NCBI RefSeq assembly: GCF_964213995.1
Contig: NC_135830.1
Span: forward strand, 6,510,001 to 6,574,000
DNA: 64,000 nt
Source: Mustelus asterias
Taxonomy: Eukaryota
Direction of reading: 5' to 3'
Made by a program: the position numbers and the translations under genes. The notes under the pieces are model-generated. The model had not been told where the DNA came from. It did no database searches and saw nothing but the letters and a program-made list of their open reading frames with translations. This document shows, one piece after another, positions 11,473 through 22,010 of this stretch. Positions within the stretch are counted from its first letter, which is position 1. Every line of letters starts with the position of its first letter.

Positions 11473-12169
11473 TGAACCCTCTGCTGCGAATGGCGAGGGG
11501 GGCAACATTAACTTTGTTTCGGTGCAGACATGCTCGGAAAGTTGTTCAGGACTTTTTACGTCGGAATTTCATAAGAAGTGAGGAGCCGAGGAAATCCATG
11601 GCAGAATATCGACACTTCAGGTAAATATGAATTTTTCAGCAGAATCCTGTTAATATTCCCAATCACACAGTCACATGAAGAAACACAAATGTATTTGAAT
11701 GTCCTAATTTTCACAGCTAATTATAATCACACAATTCAGCAATGTTGATGATTTCCCCAAAACAAGCACCGCAGTCCCTGACTGATTGTCTATTCAATTG
11801 GATACTTTATGCTTTGACCTTCGGAAGGGATTGACAAATCCCCGCTCACAGCTTTCGTTCACTGCATTCAGTCTCTCCCCTCCTTCCCTGCCCTGTGTAA
11901 TTGAGAGAGATTTCTGCAGCTGTTCTGGAACCGTAAGCAGGAGGGAGGCTTTTGTACAGTGACTGCCGTCTTTCCTCTCAGTCTCCTTTAAGTTTCAGCT
12001 TTGCAACCATACTCCCCCCCCCCCCCCCCCCCCCCCACCCCGCGCCCCGGAACCGAAAGACTTTGGTTTCCTGGAAGCTATCGCACAGTAATGCACAGGT
12101 TTCCTTGAAGTGGCAGTTCTACATCACTAGGGTTTTTGTACAGCGGCAGATGTGTTTTAAATCACTGTG

Positions 12170-12621
12170 TCTCTCAGCGCACAGAAATAGACGGCGGTGT
12201 CCTGGATTTCTGTTCGAGTGATCGTTAACGGAAACATATTTTCTGCATTAAGCTGGTCGGCCTGGAATCTTCCCTTGGCAAAATCTGCATCTACTTTATT
12301 GCTTAAATCTCGATACAAAATAAAATGCGGAGCCTGGTCCGTGTATTGTCTGTACCAATAACGATCCGGATCGCTGTAACTTGTTGTGTAGCTGCAGTCC
12401 ACTTTCACTCTATCTCCTTCAGTGATAGACAGTGCAGGCTGAGGTTGTGACACAGAATCTGCTTGAATCAGCCCTGAAATAAAACATAAGGGAAGGTTTA
12501 ATACAACAACTGAGTGGAAAAGGCATTTAACATCACAGTACGACAAATAAATAACAAGATATAACTACATACCGAACACCAGCCACAATATAACCAGATG
12601 ACGATACGGCATGAGTCTCAT
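12170..12621 (-). CDS. TRAV/TRDV: TCR alpha/delta V gene segment, intact (family C); exons 12573-12621, 12170-12473
   Basis: Leader MRLMPYRHLVILWLVF; DSVSQ...C...WYRQ...DTAVYFCALRD; consensus RSS CACAGTG(12163-12169)-23-ACAAAAACC(12131-12139). Confidence 0.93.
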
Positions 12622-12954
12622 TATAAAATCAGCAATAATCTCTTCGGAAAGAGATATATTGAACGTTGCAATCTGTTTGAACTCTGTTCTACGGAAAGCT
12701 ATAACGAAGGGGGAGGAATTACCTTGTGTAATTATTTTGCAATAACTAGTAACGGACACGGTAACAGGGTAGCAGAATTTTAACAAGCGTGCCCAATGGT
12801 CTGATGTAGATTCTCTGGTTCCTCCCACACCATTTCACGCGTCACTGCTCTGGGCGGGGCTTGAGCTTTGCAATTTGCACATGGTGCCAAACACGTCAGG
12901 AGCAAGGTGACGTGCAGATGTAGAGACTCACTTGAACAAGGCCTGAGGCTGCCT

Positions 12955-14285
12955 CCGCTGTTCACCAGATTCCCTGTCTCTTTCCTGCCCTCCGTCTCGT
13001 CTCTGTCTGAGATTCGACCCACTATGGTGGTGTCATCAGCAAACTTGAAAATCGAGTTGCAGGGGGATTTGGCCACACAATCTTTGGTGTATGAGGAGTA
13101 GAGTAAGGGGCTTGGAACACAGTCTTTTGGGTACTGGTGTTGAGGATGATCGTAGGGGAGGTGTTGTTACCTATCGTCACTGATTTTGGTCTGTGTGTTA
13201 GAAAATTCAGGTTCCAGTCGCAGAAGGAGGAGCCGAGCCCCAGGCCAGTAGTTTGGAGGTGCGCTTCATAGGAATAATGGTGTTGAAGGCTGAGCTGTAG
13301 TCAATAAATAGGAGTCTGACATAGGTGTCCTTGTTATCAAGGTGTTCCAGGGTTGAGTGCAGGGCCAGAGAGATGGCGTCTGCTGTGGACCTGTTGCAGC
13401 GGTAGGCAAACTGTAATGGATCCAGGCAGTCAGGGAAGCTGGAATTAATTTGTGGCGTGACTGTCCTTTCAAATCACTTCATGATAATGAATGTCAGAGC
13501 TACCAGACTATAGTCATTAGGGCCACGCTGTCTGGCTTTTCTTTGGTACCGGGATGAGGGCTGTCTTCTTAAAGCAGATAGGGACCTCAGATTGGTATCA
13601 AGAGAGGTTGCAGATGTTTGCGAACACCCCCGCCAGCTGATCCGCGCAGGATCTGAGTGCACGTCCGGGTACCCTATCTGGGCCTGTCACTTTCCGTGGG
13701 TTGACCATCGTGAAGGCTGATCTGACGTCTGCAATGGTGACCTCCGATACATGTTCATCCAAGGCTTCCAGGCTGGAGGGCATGTTCTCGCTTTTCATCT
13801 CTTGGTCAAAACTGGGATTGAATGCACTGAACTCATTCGGGAGGGGTGTGTTGGAGCCGACGATTTTACATGCCTTCATCTTGTAGTCTGTTATGTTTTG
13901 CACAACATGCCATAGTCGGTGCGGGTCTGTGTGGCTAGCCTGGGACTCTTGTTTGGTCCAGTAATGTCTTTTGGCATCTTTGATGAATCTCCTTAGATGA
14001 TATCTGACTTCCTTGCATAAGTCAGGGTCGCCTGACTTGAACGCCTCAGACCGAGACTTCAGCAAACAGTGGATAGCCCTGTTCATACATAGTTTCCTGT
14101 TGGGGAATTGTTTCTTGGGCACATAATCTTCCACACACTTACTAATGAAGTCAGTTACTGTAGCAGCGTACTGGTTCAGGATGGTCGCAGAGTTTTCAAA
14201 TGCTGATCAGACCACTGACTCGAAACAGCCCCGAATGAGATAATCCGATTCCTCAGACCAACAGTTCACGGCTTTTTTTGACTGA
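12955..14285 (-). mobile_element. Decayed Rex1/Babar-type LINE ORF2 fragment
   Basis: [55 protein letters not shown]. Confidence 0.85.
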
Positions 14286-14431
14286 TTTCGTCAAACAATA
14301 TACGTTTGCTATCAATGCTCATATATATTTTTGCTTCGAAATAGCTCTTTTATTTATATTTTCTCAATATTGTTACTGGCCACGGTTGTGAGTCTCGAAT
14401 GCACTCCGACATTGAACCGAACTCGGTATCC

Positions 14432-14448
14432 CACTGCCATCTGGTGGC
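14432..14448 (-). promoter_or_regulatory. CTCF-like site
   Basis: GCCACCAGATGGCAGTG closely matches the CTCF core consensus. Confidence 0.6.
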
Positions 14449-14635
14449 GGCGGCCTGGACTGCAAAATGCAGCTTTCTGTCACCTGTGAGTCAAGTTTAC
14501 GTTTAACAGTTTCCGATCATAAATTCCAGTTTTTATTTATGCATTATTAGAATTTTAGATGTCACCCGGGGTGAAGAAGCTTATTTGATAAGTCCACCTC
14601 CTCCAGACAAAGACAACTATTGCACACATCCGAAG

Positions 14636-14770
14636 CATGGACATTCTGTCACTCAGCCGCTGTCCTCAGCTGCAAAGACAGAAAGATAAGCGGTGAATTT
14701 AGAATGTATCTATAATGCTAGATTTTACTCTCTGAAAAGTGCAGCATTCTGAAAATATCAATTGAACCGG
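14636..14770 (+). pseudogene. V FR1 relic (family B)
   Basis: HGHSVTQPLSSAAKTER*AVNLECIY, homologous to 4120-4205. Confidence 0.75.
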
Positions 14771-14970
14771 TTTTGTGCCTTCTTTCTCATAGGCAAAATA
14801 AACCAAATTAGTCTGTTCGTTCCTGACTACATGCTGATTCAAAACCTCCAAACTTTCTCCAAAATCTTGGCGTTCTCTCGACTTCTTCGTGCCCAGGATT
14901 TGAACAGAGAACTCCAGCAATGATTTCAGCAGATTTAGCATCATTTTCCGGTATAAATACCGGCGGTATG

Positions 14971-15108
14971 AAGACAAAAGCAAAATTCTGTGGATATTGG
15001 AATCAGAAACCGAAACAGAAAATGCTGGAAAATCTCAGCAGGCCTGACAGCATCTGTGGGGGAGAGAAAAGAGCCAAAGTTTCGAGTCTCGAAGACTCTT
15101 CGTCAGAC
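14971..15108 (-). mobile_element. Penelope-derived fragment with hammerhead core
   Basis: CTGACGA-AGAGTC-TTCGA-GACTC-GAAA at 15080-15106 followed by a typical pLTR-like tract. Confidence 0.65.
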
Positions 15109-15603
15109 CTTCGTCTCAACAGTATAAAGGTCGCGTTGAAAAAACTCCAATTTATATTTCTGGCTGTGTCTTGGTATGTACTGCAGTCAACCATGAATTC
15201 ACTCAACAGCCAAATTCCAGCGTGCATTAAACTGGATCCGCCAGCTGAGGACGCCAAAGAGACTCACCCAGCAACACATAGTCGGTTTTCTGGCTGAATT
15301 CGGGTTTTGTGTGCTGGTGAACTGCCATCTTGAACCGCTGCAGTCCCTGAGGTGTAGGTAAACCCACAGGGCTCCATTCACTGCTGTCCACCTCTGAAAT
15401 CATGAATTGGGAAACTAATGTACGCTCAGCTGTTTGGAATTAGTAAGAGACCAAATGATCTGACTGGATACCACCTTTTAATTCTCAGAAATGAACCAAA
15501 CCGCAGAGGCATAGGACGTAACTCAACATTAACTTAAATCTTTACTAAAACCATTTCAGGCTCAGCCCGCTCTGTTCAACTCAACCAATAACTTCATGCA
15601 AAC

Positions 15604-15655
15604 ATGTTGGTATTTGCTTTGTATTTGCTCCTCACAATTGCAGCTTTCTTAACTG
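15604..15655 (+). pseudogene. Orphan family-A leader exon with dead splice donor
   Basis: GCAAAC-ATG MLVFALYLLLTIAAFLT, 52 nt like 2654-2705, followed by ACAC instead of GTA; no V exon found downstream. Confidence 0.7.
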
Positions 15656-15931
15656 ACACTTTTACAAATAACAAAATACTCCTCGTGCAGTCATGTGTTC
15701 TGTATTAACAGTATGTTTTCTCGATTTCTAAAGTGGTCTATCACATGATGATGTGAAGCATAATTATCGGATGGTAAAAGCACCGGGTTTCATCTGGACA
15801 AAACGGGCAATGGCAGTAACAGCGCACTCTGGCTTCATTCAGCACCGTCCCGTCAACCCAGACAATGCACTGCATACGAGAAAGGAGGCAAAAGCATCAA
15901 ATATTTGCCGGTGACCGAATATGTTGCCGAG

Positions 15932-16335
15932 AATCATAGCAAAGCATTCCTACAGTTCAGAAGGAGGCTATTCGGCCAAATAACCTGCACCAACAACGAT
16001 CCCACACAGGCACTATCCCCGTAACCCCGTGTAACCCCTGGTAATCTTCCTGATACTAAGGGTCAATTTAGCATGGCCAATCAACCTAACCAGCACATCT
16101 TTGAAGTGCGGAAGGAACCCGGCTCACCTGGAGGAAACCCACGGAGACAGAGGGAGAATGTGCAGACTCCACTCAGGCACCCAAGGCCAGAATTGAACCC
16201 GGGTTCCTGGTGCTGTGAGACAGCAGTGGCCCAAGACCATAATTGAACCCGGGTTCCCGGTGCTGTGAGACAGCAGCGACCCAAGAATGGAAATGGACCC
16301 GGGTTCCTGGTGCTGTGAGGCAGTAGTGCCAACCA
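15932..16335 (-). mobile_element. HE1-like SINE with triplicated head segment
   Basis: Three ~52-bp copies of TCACAGCACC(A/G)GGAACCCGGGT at ~16195-16330. Confidence 0.85.
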
Positions 16336-16904
16336 TTCTGCATCAGAAAGAACAAAGTTATTTTTCTCCTCCCGAATGTCGATAAGTTTTTTTTTTCATT
16401 TCTCAGTGAGTTCTGAATAATGTGAATGTTGATTCTGTTTAGGAACTGAGGTGTGAACCATTTCAGAGAATATCCCTCTGAACGGACTCGGTAATTCATG
16501 GACTGGGATAATGTAATAGACCGTAGTTGCACTTAAGTTTTTTTTTCAAAATAAAATTATTAAATGGACTGAATTCGTGTTTAGAATAATGGCTCATAAT
16601 TGGCCCCTATCCTGGTGAGCTGCTGACTGGAAAACTTGTGTGCCCGCCATACGTTGTATCGAGTTCACTTCCATTACACCGAAGGAGAGCACCAGCATGT
16701 CCCAATCCCAATGATTGCAGCACAAATCTCACGATGTCACAACTAAAATGAGAATTCGTGTTTGTTGTCACGTTTCTGTGTGTTGGATCGTGTGGTAGGT
16801 ATTATTTTCTGGCCTGTTTCCCTGTCTAGTAACAGTACTACTTCTGAAACATTACATTGAATATACAACAAGCATTGAGGCATTTTGTGTTTGTGAAAGG
16901 TTAA

Positions 16905-16921
16905 ACCGCCAGAGGGCGCTG
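16905..16921 (+). promoter_or_regulatory. CTCF-like site ~225 bp upstream of V leader
   Basis: ACCGCCAGAGGGCGCTG. Confidence 0.6.
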
Positions 16922-17144
16922 TGTTAACGCGTTTCCAACAGTTGTAAACTACAAACTACAGATACAGCCGCCACAGCCCCGCCCCGACCTGCCTTTGCTC
17001 TTCCGGTTATGAGCCATGTAGCCTGGCCTATTTTATTGACATATTGTTGAAGCAGCTCCCTCTTCGTCATTGGTGGGATTGGCAGTGCAGTGGGGAAGCA
17101 AAATGTATTTTTCATCCGACAGGGTGACGGAATCAGGGAGCAGC

Positions 17145-17611
17145 ATGCAGAAGTACCCGGCACTGCTCCTCATCATTACATCATTCCTCAGTAAGTATCT
17201 CCTTTCTTGCAAAAGATATATTCTCCCCATGTGCTCCAACCAAGAGTCAAAAGAGTCTCGTTCATTGAGATGATGCGATGCTGACAATACTTATGGTTTT
17301 CTGTCAGAATGGAGTCACGAAGCAGCAGTGGAACAATGGTACTCGGGAATGGCGGTGGAGGAGGGAAGCAATGTCACTCTAACCTGCAACATGAAGAAAA
17401 GCGATCGTCGAAGTTATGTGTTCTGGTACCGTCGTCGCTCTGGACAGCACCCACAATATGTCATTCGTATCATAGGAGCTAATGTAAAAAGAAACCTCGG
17501 TATCACTGCTCGATTCTCTTCAATGTTTGATGCTAGCAGCAAGATTACAGAGCTAACCATTAGCAACGCAATGTTCTCTGACTCTGCAGCATATTCCTGT
17601 GCTGTGAATCA
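17145..17611 (+). CDS. TRAV/TRDV: TCR alpha-like V gene segment, open frame (family D); exons 17145-17190, 17308-17611
   Basis: Leader MQKYPALLLIITSFL/GTAAGT; VEQ...LTC...WYRR...DSAAYSCAVN; RSS CACAGTG(17612)-24-ACCAAAACA(17643-17651). Confidence 0.85.
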
Positions 17612-17927
17612 CACAGTGCTTCAAAGATAGAGCATGTCCCGTACCAAAACACACGGTGGCTTTCTCCAGTTCGTGGTCAAGGGAAGGTTGACAACAATCA
17701 ACAGAATAGAAAGCTGGACCTTCCGCCAATCTGATCAACCTGAAATGTTAAAACATTGAACAATTTGCCCTCTTCACTTTTTGCCTTCACTCCTGAAGGC
17801 AGCAAATAAATCTGACAACCTGCAACAATCTGATCTAGAAACATTTTGCGAACATCATGAGTGACATCATGGTCAACAATAATAATCAAATGGGGCTTGT
17901 GGGGGGTGGTGGATGGCAGGCGGTTGT

Positions 17928-18247
17928 CTAGGAATCCAGACTCCGCGTGCGAATCTCATCACGGCAGATTGTGGAATTTGATTGCAAAACGTCTGGAATT
18001 AAAAGGATAATTATTGTCTTTAGAAACCCTTTTGGTGCACTGAAGCCCTCAAACGGCAGAGAAGAATGAAACTTACCGCCCTTAATTAGTGGGTAAGAGA
18101 GTGGGGAATCGGTTTTCTGCATCTGTAGACAATTTGAAAAGTGACAGGAATTTCGCCACCCATGGGCTGCGGCAGTCTGACAGCGCGGTGTATTACTGCG
18201 GAATGAGAGACAATGACAAAAGCCAGAGGAAACCTCGGACACTGCTG
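17928..18247 (+). pseudogene. V pseudogene (family E)
   Basis: VGNRFSASVDNLKS...LRQSDSAVYYCGMR; decayed RSS GACAATG(18209)-23-ACACTGCTG; stops and frameshifts in the 5' part. Confidence 0.8.
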
Positions 18248-18499
18248 CAGTCTGGCAAATGGAATGGGTGGCAGACGGGGAGAAAGCTGCACCTTCTGAA
18301 CCTATCAGCAGATTGATGTGGCTTAAAATTAACCCGAATTATGAACAAGCTCAGTGCAACAGGTGCAGCACTGGGGAAGGTTTCCTCTCTCCCAGACTCT
18401 GCCCAATAGACGCTGAACATAATGCTCAGATTTGTTTGGGGAATTTAAACCATTTCGGAAATTGTGGAAAAAAGCTGTGAAAGATATTGGTTTACAGCA

Positions 18500-18915
18500 T
18501 GGAAAAATACGAAATGAAGATAAACAAATGAAAAGACGGTGAGTGGGTCAGAGTCAGAGACCGTGGTAGATATAGAGGCATAGATTGGAAGAGACAGGTA
18601 GAGATGCACTCAGATAAACATGAGGAAAGAGAATGATAGAAACGAGGGAGAGACATGGAGATAAATATTGGGACAAACAGGGGAAGAAATGAAGAAGAGA
18701 AAGAGGTGGGAAGGGAAACAGATGAGGATACGGCGAAGAGGCCGTGAGGGAAACAGATGCAGATATATGGAGACAATACAGAAGGAGGAACATAGAGAGA
18801 CAAATGTGCAGAGATCACTAGAAACAGAGAGATAGACAGTGAGACAACCAAAGGGGCGCAGTGAGAAAAACAATGTCCGAAATGGAATCAGGAATTCAAC
18901 AGGGAGAAATAAAAA
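18500..18915. repeat. Purine (GA)-rich low-complexity tract
   Basis: Strong strand purine bias with GAGA/GACA repeats; mirrored at ~44335-44750. Confidence 0.7.
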
Positions 18916-19298
18916 TAACATAACATAATGCAGCCCATGGATAGGCCGAATGGCCTCATTCGATGCTCACCGATTCAATGATTGTCGATGCTTCATGTCC
19001 CAGCCATAACATTTAATTTTAGACACTTGAACAGTGAGCAGGTGCAGGATGATCAGAGAAATCTGTAGATTCAAGCGTCGCTATTTCCGCTCCAACAGCA
19101 TCCAGTGCAGCTGAGAGTCACCGCACAGTCCACTCAACATTGAGCCTGTGGTAACCCCGCCCACAGCTTCCGTTTACTGCGCTCACTCTGACCCGATTAT
19201 GTGATTGGACAGATTGCTGCCACTGCTCCATTCCTCTCATTGGATCAGCAGTGCAGTGGGACGGGGATCTTTACTTCTGTTTCTGACAGAGGATTTCT

Positions 19299-20589
19299 AA
19301 CTGGGGCGTGCTCCGACCGCCCTGCAGGAGTTGCCCGTCTTTTACCAGGACCTCCTCACTGTCTGGAACAAGGTCGCCTCGCGACGCAGCTCTCCCCCGT
19401 CAGGAGTAGCAGCTCTCGTGCGAGAGCCGCTGCTCAGGAATCCGCTCCTCCAGCCGTATAATTTCAGGTGGCTGGCGGAGAGGAGGGCTGTGGACGCCGG
19501 GGTGACCAGAATCGGGGACGTGCTCGATGGCGGAGGAGCGGGCTGGATGAGTCCCCGCGTGCTGGCTGAGCGCGCGGGGACGTCCGTCCGGCGCGCGGCC
19601 AAAGCCATCCTAGACCTTAGGACGGTCGTGCTCGGCCCCGAAACTGCACGGAAACTGGAGACGGCGCAGGCGTGCGGTGGGATCCCGCCCGAGCGTTCCC
19701 CTGTTCGGGCGGATTTCCGCATTGGCCCAAAGTCTCAGCCCCCCCCCCCCCGGTGAGGTGCCCCACAGCCTGAGCCGCCTCGCGGAAATGTCCTCCGTGC
19801 CTTTTTCTACCGCGCGGAGGCGTTTCCTGTGCGGGCTGCTGCTGCACACCCTCCACTACCGCCTCCTCGCCTGTCGCCCGGATACACCTTGGCGGGCCTT
19901 GTTGCCGCCGGGCGGCGGAGGTCCCCGCTGGAGGTCCCTCTATGGAGGGATCTCCCCCAATTACGTCGGGGACCTGGGGTGGAGGGTGATCATGCAGCAG
20001 TTCCGCACAACCGTAGGATTCACTGGTTCACGGGCTCCGAAGACTGCCCTTTCTGTGGCCTTGTGGAGTCCGTGGACCATGTCGATGTTGAGTGTCTTAG
20101 GCTGCACTCCCTTTTTGTTTTCCTAAAGAACCTTTTGTTGATGTTTTGTCTGCACTTCAGTCCCACGTTCCTGAGCTACAGACACCCGGTGCGGAGAGGG
20201 GAGGGTCGGGATGGCGATCTCCTCGTGAACCTGCTCCTGGGCCTGGCGAAACGCGCCATTTACCGGTCCAGGCTGCGGGCGATCGAGGGGGCCGTCCATC
20301 CTGACTGTCTTCCCCTCTACCGCGGCTACGTTCGCGGCCAGGTGTCCCTGGAGAGGGAGCATGCGGTGTCCACGGGCGAGGTTGACGCTTTCCGCGCCCG
20401 CTGGGCACCTCAGGGGTTGGGGTGCATTATTGACCCTAATAATCACATTTTAATTTGATGTTTTTAAGTTTCCTTTGTACTTTGATTTCTGTTCGGGCTG
20501 TTCCCCCTCCTTTTTGGGGAGCTGCCCCTTTTACTTTGTCCTGATTTAATCTGAGTTTGTTTACTTGGTTTGGTTTGACCTAAAAAGAG
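19299..20589 (+). mobile_element. 5'-truncated Tx1 (L1-Tx1 clade) retrotransposon
   Basis: LPVFYQDLL..W, CPFCGLVESVDH...C zinc knuckle, LLLGLAKRAIY; 14-bp TSD GACAGAGGATTTCT at 19285 and 20590; frameshifted. Confidence 0.9.
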
Positions 20590-20635
20590 GACAGAGGATT
20601 TCTCTCACTACAGAGTTACAGACTCAGGAAGGATC

Positions 20636-21140
20636 ATGGGGATCCGGCTCTTTCTGATCCTCATCATTATCTCACTTCTCAGTAAGTATTTCCTTCCCAA
20701 TAAAACTCCATTCTGCTCCTGACTGCTGTAACCCAGATGTTATTGTTATTAAAACAACAGTGACGACGTTGATAATAATTGCATCGTTTAATCTGAGGCT
20801 GACTCTGATTGTCATTATTGCTGTTACTTCCGTTAGAATGGAGCCAGCAAGACAAAGTGGAACAACAGGATTCTGAAATATCGGTTAAAGAGGAAAGTAA
20901 TGTCTCACTGACCTGCGCCTTGGAAACAAGCAATTCCAGCCCTGATGTATATTGGTACAGTCAGCAGCCTGGGAAAGCTCCAGTGTACATGTTTCAGCTT
21001 ATTGGGGAGAATGTGCAAAGGAGCACGGATCTCAATGATCGGTTTTCTTCTACATTTGATAGAAAGAACAAGACTACCGAGCTAACGATCAGCAGCACAC
21101 TGATCTCTGACAGCGCCGTTTATTTCTGTGCTATGAAGCC
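20636..21140 (+). CDS. TRAV/TRDV: TCR alpha-like V gene segment, intact (family D); exons 20636-20681, 20837-21140
   Basis: Leader MGIRLFLILIIISLL/GTAAGT; DKVEQ...LTC...WYSQQPGKAP...DSAVYFCAMKP; RSS CACACTG(21141)-24-ACAAAAACC(21172-21180). Confidence 0.92.
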
Positions 21141-21380
21141 CACACTGCTGCAGAGATATAGCGAATCTCGGACAAAAACCCCACACAGGCAGTTCCAGTC
21201 AGTGCCCAGTAGGGTGCGCTCACACACGCGGGCAATTCAGTTTCCACAGAGAGAGTGACAGGAAGATTGTTCACATTGCAGCAAAGCACAACACTCAAAA
21301 ATAGCAACTGGCGTGGTTCCGTTGCACATTTACATTTGTTAATGATCGTAACTTACATTTGCAATTGAAATAAGATTGAC

Positions 21381-21921
21381 ATAGAACATAGAACAGTACA
21401 GCACAGAACAGGCCCTTCGGCCCACGATGTTGTGCCGAGCTTTATCTGAAACCAAGGTCAAGCTATCCCACTCCCTATCATCCTGGTGTGCTCCATGTGC
21501 CTATCCAATAACCGCTTAAATGTTCCTAAAGTGTCTGACTCCACTATCACTGCAGGCAGTCCATTCCACACCCCAACCACTCTCTGCGTAAAGAACCTAC
21601 CTCTGATATCCTTCCTATATCTCCCACCATGAACCCTATAGTTATGCCCCCTTGTAATAGCTCCATCCACCCGAGGAAATAGTGTTTGAACGTTCACTCT
21701 ATCTATTCCCTTCATCATTTTATAAACCTCTATTAAGTCTCCCCTCAGCCTCCTCCGCTCCAGAGAGAACAGCCCTAGCTCCCTCAACCTTTCCTCATAA
21801 GACCCACCCTCCAAACCAGGGAGCATCCTGGTAAATCTCCTCTGCACTCTTTCCAGCGCTTCCACATCCTTCTTATAGTGAGGTGACCAAAACTGCACAC
21901 AATATTCCAAAAGTGGTCTCA
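21381..21921 (-). mobile_element. CR1 LINE 3' fragment
   Basis: [13 protein letters not shown]...FFTQRVVGVWNGLP; (TATGTTC)n tail at left end. Confidence 0.9.
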
Positions 21922-22010
21922 TTTGACAGATCGTTTGACAGATCGATTTGACAGATCGATCTGAGATACAGTGACACCTTTTTTTTGGTTTTCGATACCT
22001 TTCCCAGCCT

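Noticed and set aside
17928-18010. CKTSG motif suggesting an IgH-like V
   Set aside because: The FR3 and RSS spacer match the TCR-type pseudogene at 30283-30586; too decayed to call Ig-like
18492-18921. Hydrophobic ORFs resembling membrane proteins
   Set aside because: Artefact of translating a pyrimidine-rich low-complexity strand
21922-21960. Short direct repeats (and the Tx1 tandem units) as a CRISPR-like array
   Set aside because: Vertebrate DNA, no unique spacers, explained by retroelement junctions
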